Source of the DNA: Naegleria gruberi
Lineage: Eukaryota
Strand: one strand, 5' to 3'
Length of the DNA stretch: 64,000 nucleotides
Assembly (NCBI GenBank): GCA_000004985.1
Contig: GG738848.1
Shown here: positions 24,190 through 38,800 of the stretch, one piece after another
Layout of the letters: every line of letters begins with the position of its first letter
Numbering within the stretch: position 1 is the stretch's first letter
Program-made: the position numbers and the translations under genes
Notes under the pieces: generated by a model
What the model was told of the DNA's origin: nothing
The model's input: the letters and a program-made list of their open reading frames with translations, nothing else
Databases searched by the model: none

Positions 24190-26214
24190 TTATAAATTCT
24201 CTTGTACCATGGTGAATTTCCATTGTTGAGTTTTTGATTTGTCTTTGATGGTGAGAGTATGATCGTGTGAATTTTCACCAGCAAGTGTTGGTGTAGTTTC
24301 ATCAGCTTGTTGTGAGCTGGAACTGCCAACAGACATGTTAAGAGTTGATAGGTAAGGAGAACTTCCTCGGCCGTTTTCACAATCCAAAACAAGGTTCAAA
24401 TTACCAACGTTTGCAATACAGACACTTTCTGTAGAAAGTGGATTGACTGGTTGGAAAACAAGCCACTTTTGTGTTGCATTGTCAGAGTCTCGTTTCTCGC
24501 TAACAACAATATCTGAACCTTCTTCCAGTGTGATACATTCTAATACATAGTCGCAATTTTGAGATAATTCTATAAATCCAGATTCTCTAAATATAAATCT
24601 TTGAGATTGTGAAAGAAGGAATGACTTTTCACTGGTGATAACAACCGAGTTGTCATTCAAATTGGCCTCCAAAACAAACCCATTAGTACAATTCTTGATG
24701 AAAATTTGGGTATTGTAAGGTACTACCGTTGGTCCATTAGTTTTGTTCTTCTTGGCGATGGATGGTTGTGAAACAACATCTGATTCATTCTTCTTGGTCT
24801 TTGGTCTCTTGACCTTATAGAAGGCAAGATAGCATATGTACAAATTTTGATGCCAAGTTCTACTGTCAGCATGTCTTAAATTAACAGAAAATCCATACGG
24901 AGAAATTGTCTTGATAGTTACAGAGTGAATATCATTACTTGGAAGTTGAGGATCACATCTTGGTGTACAAATAACCATTCTTGGCATTACAAAATCATTA
25001 CCAGGAATATTTGGAATATCATTTTGTAAAAATCTAATTTCTCTATCAACATAATCATCATTTGTAATATTTTGTCCAACAGGTAAAATTCCAGCTTTGA
25101 TAATGCAATCCTTTCCGAATGGATTTGGAATTTGAGGTGAATTGTAAAAAACAGTCCAATTGAGTTTGATTGGTTGTGTCCAAGGTTTCGAAACACTGTC
25201 AAAACTAATTCTCCTCACAACAGCAACAAATCTATTTGGATAAACTTCTCTAACAGTAGCAATAAATGTATCATCAGAATTACCATCAGATGAATGAGGT
25301 GTTACAATGACAACTGGAGGATGGCTTGGTATGAGTGTTGGTGTATTGCTCGAGTACATTAAATTTGTAGAGACTGTTGGACTTTCAGGAACAGTAACTT
25401 GACTATTCATCAAGGATTTGCTATCAAATGATGAAGAATATAAATCTCCAGTTGATGTATAAACAGCGTGTTGTTTTGAAGGATGGGTAGCCGTTGATCC
25501 ATTATATCCATGATTCCAACTTGTTGGTATTGGTGGTAAATTAATAGTTACAGACATTAAATAGACCAAATTATTAGAATTGGCAGCTTGACTTGAAATT
25601 GAAGGATTCATAATCATTGAGTTGTTATTACCATTGGCAAGCATCATGATAGTATCGGAAGAAGAAGAGCCATGCATTCCTGAAGGAATGTTAACATTTG
25701 GTGTATGAATTGGATTAGGAACTCCAACAACTGTTCTACCACTGCAAAATGATGGCAATGTGGCAAACCATTGAAGTCTAATATTACTAATCCAAGGTTT
25801 TTCCTTCTTCTTTGATACTCTTCTCACAGCACAACAAAATCCTGTTGTTGTGGTTGAAAGTATTGTGACAGCATATGTATTTGAAACTTCCTTTACAACA
25901 CCTTGAGATGAAGAGGTCATTGTGTGTTGATCAATCAATACCTGCCCATGAACAATTGGTTGTTTGGAGAATGGTTTTGGGAAAATTACATTCACAAAGG
26001 CACATGATTTTCCATTCTTATTATCTCCTACAGAAGTTACACCTGTTTGAGTGACTACATTAGAAGAAGTATTAAAAGAGCTTGAAAGACTATTTTGAAG
26101 ATTGGTCAAGGATTGGGCATTGACTAGTGAAGGAGGTTGGGAAGATGAAAAACTCTTTCTTTGTGAAGGAGTTACAATACTGATACTTCCACGTGATGAT
26201 GTTGTATAAACCAT
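24190..26214 (-). CDS. Multi-lectin protein: three H-type lectin-like domains plus a C-terminal ricin-B (beta-trefoil) domain
   Basis: Three internal repeats each end in a GF...W...W..A pattern. They are TILSTTTTGFCCAVRRVS..W..IRLQWFAT, FVAVVRRISFDSVSKPW..IKLNWTVF and TIKTISPYGFSVNLRHADSRTW...YICYLAF. The C-terminus has QxW repeats (ATQKWLVF ... TQQWKF). Confidence 0.5.
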   Translation of the reverse strand: MVYTTSSRGSISIVTPSQRKSFSSSQPPSLVNAQSLTNLQNSLSSSFNTSSNVVTQTGVTSVGDNKNGKSCAFVNVIFPKPFSKQPIVHGQVLIDQHTMTSSSQGVVKEVSNTYAVTILSTTTTGFCCAVRRVSKKKEKPWISNIRLQWFATLPSFCSGRTVVGVPNPIHTPNVNIPSGMHGSSSSDTIMMLANGNNNSMIMNPSISSQAANSNNLVYLMSVTINLPPIPTSWNHGYNGSTATHPSKQHAVYTSTGDLYSSSFDSKSLMNSQVTVPESPTVSTNLMYSSNTPTLIPSHPPVVIVTPHSSDGNSDDTFIATVREVYPNRFVAVVRRISFDSVSKPWTQPIKLNWTVFYNSPQIPNPFGKDCIIKAGILPVGQNITNDDYVDREIRFLQNDIPNIPGNDFVMPRMVICTPRCDPQLPSNDIHSVTIKTISPYGFSVNLRHADSRTWHQNLYICYLAFYKVKRPKTKKNESDVVSQPSIAKKNKTNGPTVVPYNTQIFIKNCTNGFVLEANLNDNSVVITSEKSFLLSQSQRFIFRESGFIELSQNCDYVLECITLEEGSDIVVSEKRDSDNATQKWLVFQPVNPLSTESVCIANVGNLNLVLDCENGRGSSPYLSTLNMSVGSSSSQQADETTPTLAGENSHDHTLTIKDKSKTQQWKFTMVQENL

Positions 26215-26805
26215 TATTAAATTAAATTATTATATGTATATATAGTATATTATTCTGATGATGAGAATGAATTTAAATAATTATTAATATTGATGATGAC
26301 TATGAAAATCCAATTCCGCTAATAATAAGTAAAATAAACTCGTTAAATTCGGCCACAAGCGTTTTAAAAGGCCTCCACAATCAATAATAAACAGAGAAAT
26401 AGCAACAATCACCGACACGAAACAGAAAGAACGCAAGGGTGAATAAAATCTTCTTAAATTTTTTGATTTATTTTTATTGTAGAGAAGTGCGAATGGGAGC
26501 GAATTTGAAATTGTTTTCTTATTTAGATTTCAAATTTTTTATTTTTAAATTTTTTTGAAAGAATGCAACAAAATACATGTCCAAATAGAAATTGGTTAAA
26601 TTCAAGGGTAATTTAGATAGAAACATGTTCTTTTTACTTTATGGTATCAAAGTAAGGGTTCCAAAGCTTCTTTTACAAGCATGAAAGCAAACAATTCGCT
26701 TTCAAAATGGACCATAAAAGTACTAATGATTCCACTTTAAGTTTTCCAACAACATTCAATTCTAAACGTTTGATTTTCAACAACACTTAAAACTCATCAA
26801 AAAAA

Positions 26806-29800
26806 ATGTCAAAACATCAACAACAACATAATAAACAGCAAACAGGAAATAACTTTTCCGTTCTAACTGTAGATCCAAGTATTGAAGATGATTCATCATC
26901 AACAAGAAAAGCATCAATGAATCAAATGATTTCCTTTCCATCATCACTTTCTCCTCAACAGGAAGTCTTGAAATCTATTCGATTGATTCTCCGTCTTGAT
27001 AAATCAAAATTAATTGATCAACTCAATTCAATGATGGATAATTTTAAGAAAGTTCTTCATCAGTTATTGAATATAGGACAAGTTAGAAAGGAAAATATTG
27101 AATTTTATTGCGAGTGGATGAGAATGATCAAACATTTGTGTATTGGAGGAGGTGATAAGGTTTCGTTTCGTTTGGGAAATGAAACAGATATTATTCCATG
27201 GCTGTTGTATATTGCTTTTGATGCCAATGTTGTGAATGAACAGTTTATTGATGGAGAAATTGTTAGATTAGGTAATTTTCTTTTACTTTCTAATATTAAT
27301 ATTCGAATATTATTATAGCCTGTACAACCATCCATGCACTAATTGATAACGTTGATGAGAATAGAATAATTGTCAGAGAAAGTAGAGGATTAAAGAATTT
27401 TCTCGACCTGATCCGAGTGAACCAACAAAGTTTTGCTGTAAATAGTGAGTGCAAGAGATGTGCTCTGTTGGTGTTAGAAAAGTTTTGCATCAATTGTAAG
27501 TGTTTCTTGACTTTTCACATGTTTAAAATTGTTGTTAAATTTCACAAAATTACACACATTAATTTCAATCATTGAATATATAATCATGACAAATAGCATC
27601 TAACAAATCCCTCTTCCCAATTATTAATGGAACACAAATAGTAATTGATCAAATGAATCAAGCATATAATACCATAATGAATTCACCAAAGAAACAAATT
27701 GATGTTGTACTGTATGGAATAATTGAGGCATGTTCGAGAGTATTGAGATCACTCTGTTTAAATCATCAAAAGAATACAGATGACATTTCATCAAAGACTC
27801 CAATTGCTCCTCTCATTTTGTGTATTTTAAACTCTTTGAATGTTTCAATGAGTGGTGGAAAGAATGAAAAATCTACATCCTCCTCAGAAGGATACAAAAC
27901 GTTGAAAGTTCAGGATAATGATTTCTCCGAGTTACTTTCCCATATACTTTTCATATTATTGGCCATCTCACAAAAAGGTAAGCAGTTTGTGAATTATTCA
28001 ATATATTGAAATATAATATTATTCCAGAAAATCGAAAGACGGAACTGATTGAAATACATTCAACACTGAAAGAGGAAAATCAATTTTTAGAATTGTTACT
28101 TTCCCTTGTGTGCTACTTGTATTCTTCATCTTCTTCGAGTGGCAGTAATTATACCAGAAAGGCTTTCAATCAAACTCTTTCAATTCTTGCAAATTTGAGC
28201 TCAATAGAAAAGGTGAGAAAGGAACTCATATCACAAAAGGAAGGAAAATCAAACAGCTCTAAATATTTCAATTACTATCTGGACAAGAAGTATCTGAATG
28301 GAGCTCAAGTAATACATGTGCAATTCACACGATTTGGAACCTTGAAAACCTCTCAGAATATCGAAGAACAGGAAGAAAGAAGTTTTGCAGAGAGTGTCTT
28401 GTCTCTGTTCACTCACATTGGAGAGTATAATTTTAAGGATTTGTACTTGTTTATTGGGATGAAAGTAACAGAAGTTTTGAATCATGTCTATACAATTATT
28501 AATCATACCAATGACATCATCATTTTGCAACATTGTTTATACTTGATTAGAATGTATCTATCACAAGAGAACAGATCCATTGTGGAGGGTGTTACTAATG
28601 ACCATTTGACCAAAGCTGCGGAATGTATTCTATCAATTTTGAATAGAGAGTTCATTATTAATCAATCATTCACCTCTACATTACACTTAAAGTCGCAATA
28701 TCACTCAGATGTTGAATTGGCCAATCTGCAATATTCTTGCCTGACCACATTCAACTCGCTTAATTTGCAAGATGTTGGAATCTGGAGAGCCCTTATTGAG
28801 AAGGCCCAAAAGTCCATTCACTATCACAGATTATGCGATTGGATCATTCAAATGGAATTGGTAGAGAAGAACTCTCGTGTCTTGCTGGCCATTCTCGAGA
28901 TTCTTAACCAAATGGTTCAATATGAAAAGGTAGATATTAGAGATATTGCACTTCTTGGTATTGGCTCCAAGATTATCAAACTTTTAGATCATGAAATGTT
29001 TCAAGATATTGCCATCTATCTAATCTATAGTCTTTCATTAGATTCAATCTTTAAGCAAACATTTATATTTGGTGGGGGACTGAAAAAGCTTTTCAAACTT
29101 GCCAAAATCAACGAAGCGACCTTTCTCAATAATGTTTTAAAGATATTTACCAACTTTTCTAGGAAGGACAGAAATGCAAAAGTGGCAATAGCTGAAACTG
29201 GTTGTCTCGATTACATTTTAAACAGATTTTCCACTGACAAGACCTATACAAACAAAAATATCAAGAATACAGTTGCCTTGTTGCAGAGTCTTTCAGAGGT
29301 ACCTACATTGGCAACGTTTATTGCATCTTTCGATATAGTTCCTAACCTGGTAAAACTATTGACATCATCAGAATCCTGTGCCATTTTGGAACAAGCAACT
29401 AATTTGATTTTTTCTGTAATTACGATTGCCAAATATGAGCAAGGAAGAAAAAGGGTTATTGAACATTTCAAAGACTTGATTCCTTTCCTCCATTGTGAGA
29501 TTCCTGAGGCACAAGAGAATGTGATTAACATCTTCTCTAATATTGCTGCCATACCTCAACATCAAAAAGCATTGAAGGAAGGAGGATTAGTCACTGAACT
29601 GGAAAATTTAGTGGAAGGTGATGATCAATACATTAGTTTGTTGGCTCAATTGGCTTTGAACAATTTTTCAGGAAAGAAGGGAGAGGAGAGTCTCAAAAAC
29701 AAGCTCCTTACTGCTGCAAACAAATCTGAGGACTTTAAAGCAAAGAAAGAATCCATCGAGAAGCAATATGTCAAAAAGTACGAAAATGAAATCAAGAGAG

Positions 29801-31320
29801 AATCTGTCATGTGGAATAGCTTGTCAAGCAGCTTGAATACCAACGCCTATGAAAAGTTGAATATTGAAATCAATTGGAGTTTCTTTGATGAGTTGAGTTC
29901 AGAAGCAGAAAAGAGAAGAGCTTTCCACTTACTCAAGGAAACCTCTTGGAGAAATCTCAGAGAATCAATTTCTCTGTTTTGCAATCAATCCCCAGTCCAT
30001 AATAGAACCTTCCTTACTTGTGTAAATATTCTGGTTGTCGAATTTGAAATGACATCCTATTTGGCTTACAAACCAATTCTTGGAAACATGAATGCCGACT
30101 TTGCTGAGCTTCCAATGTCAGCAAGAAGCAACAGAAAGACATGTGCCACTCTGAAGAATATTTCAACCTCTGAATCTGTTGCAGAAACATACAAGAGAAA
30201 GTACAACAAGTTGGGTGTCCTATTCTACAATATTGGTTACGATGATATGAATACAATGAGTAAGGAGGACTTTGTTGCTGGTCTCAATCGTCTCCTCCAA
30301 GAAGATATTTCCAAGATTAGAGAAATTACTCCCAAGTCAGTCCTTGAAACTGATAGTCTCAAATTCAGACCTTTCAAGAAGGAAATTCAAAAAGAGGATC
30401 AAAAAGTACATTCGAGAAACAACTCTCTCAATGATTTGGGTCTTGCTCCAATGAATTTGACAGATGACCAAATGTTACTTGCCAAGAATCCAATGCTATT
30501 CCTGAAAGAACAAGCCAGACAAACCTACAAGGGATCTCTATATTTGCAAAGTTTTGCCACCCTCATCAAAACCAAGTACTTTACCCAATATACAGAGGAT
30601 GATGAAAAGGCCTTTGCATTCTGTTTTGAAAAAATCAAAGCTATCGAGGAGACATTTATTAAGGGATGGAAAGTTGTCAAATATAATAAGAGTGGTTTGA
30701 AGCAAGAGAGATTTATTCTACTCACTGACAAGAATTACTACACAATCAAATTTGACTATTCCAAGAAACATGTCGATACTAAACATACCAAGCCACATGA
30801 TTTATCCAATATTCATGTCATTGATATTGGATGTTTTGAAAAGACAAGTTCTCCATGCCTCGTTGTCTACTGCAAAGAAAAGACTAGTAAGAGTAAGAAA
30901 TCATTCGCCAAAACTGCCAAGAAGAGCTTCAAACTCTCCAGCACTGCTGATTTATCCCTAGCCACTTTGGATCATGAGATTGTAATTGATAAGAATAGGC
31001 CTTCTACTTTGGATTGTTATTGTAATATATTTTGTGGTTTGAATGAAAGTAATTCCTCAACATCAGTCTCCTCAAATACTCCCACCTCTGCTCCTAGTGC
31101 AGCAGATCTTCTTTCCTTCAATACCTTAGGAAATCAGGTACAAGTTGATGAATCTAACAAGATTATTTTGGAAGAAATTGCATGGAGCATATATGCTTCT
31201 GCTTGTTGTTTAAGAGGTCAACAATTGTTTGAACCTTACTTGGAACAAATTATTGACAAACCAAAGCAAGGTATTACCAGTTTCATCTATAACAAGCTGG
31301 GATTTGGAAACTTAAAGTAA
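26806..31320 (+). CDS. Large hypothetical protein (about 1420 aa) with armadillo/HEAT-like repeats, 4 exons
   Basis: Exons are about 26806..27271, 27319..27495, 27642..27977 and 28028..31320. The introns are GTAATT...ATAG, GTAAGT...ATAG and GTAAGC...CCAG, and they join the three track ORFs in frame. The central region has ARM-like repeats (IAETGCLDYILNRF, LVKLLTSSESCAILEQATNLIF). The C-terminal region has a PH-like pattern, FILLTDKNYYTIKFDYSKKH. Confidence 0.5.
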
Positions 31321-31495
31321 CCTTAAAATTTCAATCTTTTTCATTGACGCACACAATATTATTAATTGTATTATTAATCATCATTAACATGTTAATAAAA
31401 ACAATTATCATCAGATATGTGTGGATTAAAGTAACATTCCAGTTGTCACTTAAAACACCTAGAATCTCTAGAGTAACCTAGTAAATATCGACCAT

Positions 31496-31987
31496 CTAAC
31501 ATGTTTGATTAGAAACCAGTGATTTCTCTGATGGGAATTTAAAATTATCCAAAGACATTCTCAATGTTGTTGTCCTTGGATCTCGTTGTCTTCTCTCAAT
31601 TTCTCTCTCTGCATAAACAACAGGATCAAACAAATCTGGCTGCACTATAATACATGAGGAGGCCGTTGACTTTTTCTTTGTCTTTTTCGAACTTACGGAA
31701 GCAAGTGTTGAAGTGCTTAATGATGAAGCAATAGTAGGTTGGTGATTGGATGAGGCTCCTTTCACACTACCACTACTGGTATTATTGCTGCTCGAGTATT
31801 GAAGACCTGTCTGTGAATGAGAAGGTCGCATTGTAACCTTAGTGGATGCATTCGATGTAGTATCATTAGGGAAGGGAGATGATGACTTTTCACTCGTCTT
31901 GTACAAATCTTCACTCGAGCTCTTTCTTGCCTGCTTTTTGGAGCTAACATTTTTGCCTACGAATGAACTGCTGCAGGATGATCCCAT
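31496..31987 (-). CDS. Small Ser-rich hypothetical protein with an N-terminal MGxxCSS acylation-like motif
   Basis: The ORF starts MGSSCSSSF, a possible N-myristoylation Gly2 plus a palmitoylatable Cys. The rest is low complexity. Confidence 0.3.
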   Translation of the reverse strand: MGSSCSSSFVGKNVSSKKQARKSSSEDLYKTSEKSSSPFPNDTTSNASTKVTMRPSHSQTGLQYSSSNNTSSGSVKGASSNHQPTIASSLSTSTLASVSSKKTKKKSTASSCIIVQPDLFDPVVYAEREIERRQRDPRTTTLRMSLDNFKFPSEKSLVSNQTC

Positions 31988-33030
31988 TATAATGTTGTAC
32001 TATTAACTGTTGTTAGACTATTCAAGTAGTAGAAGTAGTAATATATATATGATGTTTGATATGGTGTGAGTTAAAAACACAAAGTCCTTCAAAGCAAGAG
32101 GCTGAATTCGCCCTCAATGCAATTATTGATGTTTTTTTTAAGTGGCTAATTAAGAATGCACGGATTCTTGTTTAATTTTCGGTGGTAACTGTTTGTGCCC
32201 GGTTAACCGAATAATGTCCCAAAATATTCCCAATATTTACTTTTTCAAAACAACTACCAACAGACAATGATGTAATCTGGCAAGATGAAAATTGTCCCTC
32301 TTATGATGTCTTACTCACGCTTAATATTTTGCTATTGTGTAATGTTATTTGAGATAGCTTTGAGATTGCAACATCAGAGTGTACAAAAAAAGAAGTGTGA
32401 TTCTCTGAAAAAGCAATTCTGTTGGTCATTCAGGGTAATCGTATAATATTGATCCAAATAATAGAAGAGGAGGCATGTTGTAATTGGTAAGCTTAATTTC
32501 CATTGAGTATTGTTTGCCAACCAATTTATCCCTACAGACAATTTGGTGAAATTTATGTATTGACAAACATTAAAATTACTTCAACAGGAATTGAGATTAC
32601 CTTAAACAAGTCTTGGGCCGCATTGAACAGTATTTACATTTGCATAATGTCCAAAAATCTTATTTGGTCATCATCAAGGAGATTGGTATTAATTTCAAAG
32701 AGGAGACAAATTAGAAAGCAATTGCGTATGATAACATTAATTTGTCTCTTGAATTCATTCCGTTTGTACCGAGCGACGAAGATGTAGACAAGGACCTAAA
32801 AAGATAATTGTATTCAGAATTGAGGATATATCTATTTTCAAATTATGCCAGATCTTGAGATAAAAATTTTAAGGAAAATTTGGAAATTGTTTGACAAAAC
32901 CTCGATACTGCATGTTTGATGGGAAAATCTCAAGACGTGGCATGCATGTATTCTTCAATAGACAATCATTTTTTATTAGAAAAAGACTAAGTAATTTCTC
33001 CATTTTCAAAGATCAACATTGTTTGTAAAT

Positions 33031-34700
33031 TTACAAATTTAAAGTGCCAATCCATAACAAGATAGCACACAACAAGACCATTAGCCCAATTGATTGTCCA
33101 TGACTGTTAGCATCTGATTGTTTTCCTGTACTATTAGATGTGGCAGGACCTGTACAATTACTAGTAGTAGCTCCATTCGTACATTGACAAGCATCTAAGG
33201 AGCTACATTTTCCATTTCCAGAACAAACTGATGCAGAGTTCTTTAACAATCCGAAACAAGTAAATTCTTCACAGTTTCTTCCAAAATATCCAGGAGCACA
33301 AATACATGATTGAGTAACACAAGTTCCATGTCCTGAGCAAACACCAGCATTTGTATATGAAACACCATTACAATACATGGTATCGGAAGTTGCAAGGTAA
33401 TTCCCATTAAGGTTAATTGTTGCATCTGAAATAATATTGCCTGATGGAATTGTGATACTATCGATTTTGTAAGAACCAGAGATGTCAGAAGTGTTTCCAT
33501 TACCGATATTACCATTTTGATTATTACCAAGTGTGTAAATTTCATTGTTATTTGAAATGACCATAATTACTTCATTGGAAGCAAAAACCTTGGAAGGTTT
33601 ACTTCCCAAATATACCAAGGAGGTCAATACAGAACTACCACATGTAGTAGTGGAAGTAATATATTGTCCCAAGTTCATAATCTTGTTTCCGTACAACTGG
33701 GTGAATGTTAGAGAAATTAATTCCAAATTCTTCAACTTACAATAATCTTGGAGGTATTTGTCAACAATAAAATGTGATAGTAAGTTACTGAAATATCAAC
33801 AATTGCTTCCTGAGTTGTGTCAATTGGCAATCCAGTAATCTTTGTTAAGGTTGTAGTACTAAAACAATTGAGCAAAGTTCCCATTACATAAACACTCGAA
33901 TCAGAAGTTAAAACAACTGAAAACTTGGAAGAGGCAGCAACTTTTGTGATAATCTTTCCAGATAAAGGTGTCATGCTCAATAATGTTGGAGTATATACTG
34001 AGCTGGCAAGTGAACTTCCTAGCTCACCATTCTCATTCAATCCAAACCCATAAATATATTGACCAAGAGAATCTTGACAGAACAATAATACATGATCGAA
34101 AATGGAAACCTGTTTCAAATTATCACCTTTACACTTATCTGGAATAACAACCGAAACTGGACTATTCACAACTCCACGACTCGAATTGGTATTTCCATCA
34201 CCCAAACAACCATGCTTGCTATCTCCCCATGAGTATAACATTAAATTACTCTGAGCATCTTTAGTTCCAAGAATTGAACATGCTTTACCATTCTGAACAA
34301 AAGAAACTGTACCAGAAAAATCCATCATTTGTGCAGGGCTGAGTTGTACACTGTAGAAACCATTGCCAGTTGAGAAATTTGGAAGATAGCTCTGATATCC
34401 ATTTCCCATAATTTTGATAATGTTCATATTAGAATCTCTTACAAGCATAAGTGAGGAGTAATACGAAAGACCCTCAACAAATTTTACAGAGGCATAGGTT
34501 TGAGGAAATTGAGAGGTCACAATGCTGCTTGGTGTGGATTGGATAAAATTATTGGCACCACCAATTCCAGATCTAACACCAAGTTGACCCCACATGTCTT
34601 GGCCGAAGGAATAGAGTTGTGTTGCTGCTTTGACATTTGGAAGGGCAAAACAAATCAAAACAACAAGAGGAAGAATGGTAAGTATAAGACTATTAGCCAT
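33031..34700 (-). CDS. Secreted RCC1-like beta-propeller repeat protein with EGF-like Cys-rich modules and a C-terminal hydrophobic anchor
   Basis: The two track ORFs are joined by a short GTAAGT...CCCAG intron near 33735. A signal peptide is present. The repeats YSWGDSKHGCLGDG, YGFGLNENGELGSS and YTLGNNQNGNIGNG are RCC1/ATS1-type. The EGF-like region is CSGHGTCVTQSCICAPGYFGRNCE plus CSGNGKCSSLDACQC. The C-terminal hydrophobic tail may be a GPI or TM anchor. Confidence 0.55.
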
Positions 34701-35819
34701 TATTTTTTGAATTGTTTTCGTGTAAATAAAGCAGCTGTCAAAATGGTTAAATAAAAGTTCATCGAGTTCATCCTTTTTGAATGAAAAGAAAATGTTCTTT
34801 TACAATTTCTTATACAGTGTATGAAATAAATGATATTATCAGTTCAATTTCAAATAGTTTTCATTATCGATCAGAAATTCATCATCCTGTAACACAACCT
34901 GGGCATTCCATAAAATGCATGATAGAATTTGACTCCACCTTGATTAACTAGATCAAAATATCAAATTCCAAATCTACTTTCTAATCGAGTCCAATATGTG
35001 AATATCACAATCCACACATTCCACAATTTACCAAGCACACTATCCACATTATATTCACCAAAAAAAGCCATTTCACTCAGAGGATTCAATCTCCTTCAAT
35101 AATGCCACAAATTCGTCATGTTCTCTAATAAAATCCTCAACTGTAAAATCTAGATTAGTTTCTATTCACCTATTACACTATATTACATAATTCAAAGAAG
35201 AGCACAAGTGCATCAAACTAATATTCAACAATTTAATTATTAGAAATTAATTGTTATTGTTGTAGTATCTGATTAAATTGTGGATTATCCATTCGGAATG
35301 TTGTTTCAGTGCAAGAATACACCTTCTCCTTCCCAGCAGAATTTTCTTCCTCTTTTGTTCTTACATAAACAATTCAATTACAATTTTCAGGGGTAACAGC
35401 AACAAATCAGATTCTTTCATTGAATAATGACGCTTCAATGGTCTTGTTGATGAAGATATGTTGTTACCAACAACAACTCAGTTCTTGAAGGCTTGTGTGA
35501 CGACACTCCAATACAGCTTAAATTGCTCCTCTCTGAGAATATTTTTAATCATCCGATGCATCATCTCCTTCTGGCCACACAACAAGAGGCTTGTTGATGA
35601 TCATTATAAATTTCTTGTTGTTGGATGTTGTTGTTGGCGAGAAGGTGTGTGTTGTGGAGGAATTGATGTGTTGAGAACCTCTTCATCACCAAAAAATAGC
35701 AGGCTTGTTCTACAACATTGTCGGTAGCACTGTGATTGTCGTGTGTGCTCTGAAAACAACTTTGCACAATACAATAATAATAGGAAGTTTATACTTTATA
35801 TTGGATTTTCTTCATCATC

Positions 35820-38800
35820 ATGATGGACTCCACCACAACAATGAATGGAAGTGATGAAGGTAGTACAATAACAATGAATGGAACAATCCATCATCATCAA
35901 AATACCAATGGTATTACTTCTTCATCAACACTAGCAGCAACTAGTAGTGATAATAACAATCATGATACATTAACAAGCACTCTGAATGATGATGCTATTA
36001 TTGAATCCACTCCAATCAAACAAGAAAGCTTTGATGAAAACTTGATGAAACAAAATTCAACAACGAGGCAACTATTGACAAAACCATTGTCTCTGGTTGA
36101 TTATGAATACTTACTCAAATTGGAGACTGACCTTTCCAATCAAGAAGATAACCATCTAGATGAAGGATATTTAAAGGATGCTGCAGAAGATTACGACAAA
36201 TTGGGAGATTACTGTACAAGTTATTTTGAATCGAATAGTTTAGATTTGGAGGTACAAAAACAGTTAATAGCAGAGAATTCAATCGAAACTCTGACAGTAG
36301 AAGAATCTAAAACTTTGGAATCCAAGACAATTTCAAAAACCCTTGAGGAAACATTCAATAGTATTTGTGATGAATATCTTGATATTAATGTGTATGAAGA
36401 GATTTTATCTCAACAATACGAGGAGCAAAATGAAAAGAAGAGAAAGCCATGTGATGGTGTTGCCATTCATACTTGGAAGAATACATTAATAAGAGCAAAT
36501 CAACCAACCTTGTTGGTTTCTTCATCCATGAGAAAAAAGAAGAGAACAAAAAGGGATGAACAAGATAGAGGCAACTTTGAAGTTGCATTCACTGTTCCAA
36601 TGAATGGTTTCAATATTAATAAGGTGGTTGAAAATTTCCAGAATTGCATCAGTTCACACCATCATTTTATAGACAAGGCCACCAATTTGAGAAGTAAGAA
36701 GAGTTGGATTGAAAATATGAATCAAGAACAAACAGAAATCAAAACACAAGTTGAACAATTTTCTAAAGCTCTCATTCATGAAAAGTTGAACGAAACGTTG
36801 AACTCTCAAAAGAGTCACGATACTAGAGCAACAAATGGAACTTCAAAGCCATCTGTAAATATCAAACACTCCAAATTACATCAAATATCCAAAGATGTGG
36901 CTCAAAAGGTAAAGGAAAAACAAACCAAATCAGTAACAGAGCTGGATAATACTGTGGGAGGTATTTCATCTGTACTTTCTGATAGAATGAACTCTTTTTG
37001 GAAGAAACACGAAAAGGAAATATCAGAAAAGAGAAAGAGAAAAAAGAAGGAAGAGGAAGAGAAGGAGGAAGCTGTAAGACAACAAAGAAAGTTAAACTTT
37101 CTCCTCTCTCAAACAGAACTCTACTCTCACTTTATGTCCAAAAAATCAATCACAAGTGCTGTCACTTCTGATGATTCAACAGAAGAGAATGCAGCTCAAT
37201 CAGCTCTTCAGGCATCACAAAGACAAAAGCAATTCACTGAAGATTTTGATAAGGAAATTGAAAAGTACAGAACACAATCATCAATGGAGGATGAAAATAT
37301 AATTGAAGCAGGTGACGAGACCATGCAAGAGCCAAATATTTTCAATGGCTCACTTAAAAAGTACCAGTTGAAGGGTATGAAATGGTTGGTATCTTTGTAC
37401 GAGCAAGGTATCAATGGTATTTTAGCAGAGTAAGTATATTTAACATTGCACTCCTTACTAAGACTAATATTACAATTCTTTATTTTAATGAAAATTTTAA
37501 TAGTGAAATGGGTTTAGGTAAAACAATTCAAACCATTGCATTTATGGCCTATCTGGCTGAAAAGAAGAGTATTTGGGGACCAACCCTTATCATTACTCCT
37601 TCATCTACACTTCACAATTGGCAACAAGAATTTGAAAAATTCTGTCCAACACTTCGAGTATTACCATACTGGGGAGCATTGAAGGAGAGAAAATTGCTCA
37701 GAAAGTACTGGACCAATCCAGATAAGCTCTATCAAAAAGACTCACCATTCCATGTTGTTGTTTCCAGTTATGGTTTAATATTGGAAGATGAAAAGTATTT
37801 CAAAAAAGTCAAGTGGCAATATTTAATTCTAGACGAAGCCCATGCCATTAAATCGAGTAAGAGTTTGAGATGGAAAACACTGTTGAGCATGAAATGTAGA
37901 AATAGAATGCTTTTAACAGGTACTCCTATTCAAAATAACATGAAAGAGTTGTGGGCCTTGCTTCACTTTATCATGCCTTCAATATTCGATTCTCATGACG
38001 AGTTTAATGATTGGTTTTCGAAAGATATTGAATCTCATGCAACAAAGGAACAAGACACCAAACTTAACGAGCAACAATTGGCCAGATTACACATGATTCT
38101 CAAACCTTTCATGTTGAGAAGAGTCAAGAAGGATGTTGAAAGTGAAATGGCACCAAAAACTGAGGTTGTCCTCTCGTGTGGGTTGAGTTCTCTGCAGGGA
38201 GAAACTTACTACCGTATTAAGGACGATTTCAAAAAATCCTCCAAAGATAAGAAGAAGAAGATTGCTGTTGATTCAACAAGCAAGTCAGCACTGATGAATA
38301 TTGTAATGCAACTGAGAAAGGCATGTAACCATACTCATTTATTCAAAGAGTTTAGACAAGACACACTCTCTCCATTCCCATTCACCACGCCAATATCATT
38401 CTTGAAGCACATTCCAGGAAAAATTTATGATGAGTGTGAAAGATTGACCAATCCTATTCAATTCCACCTTCCTAAATTAATTTTTAGGGAGCTGACACCA
38501 CAAGGATCTCTAGAAATGGAATCTAACAGTTTGATGATTTCAAAGAGATTTGACTTTGTTCATGACATTTCATACATGATAGATACGTTTGGAACACTTC
38601 GTTACTTTTTCAAAGATAATTTTTGGAGATTGTACAAACTTAGAAATTTAAAGAATAGAATAGTCGAGTTCAGAGATAGAAAGGGTGGTTTTCAATTTTT
38701 AATGGATGAGTTACTAAGTGAACAATTGAACAACCACCTCGAGAGATGTAATTATCTTATTCAAAATATTGAAATTTTCTACAAATCCAATAGAGATCTC

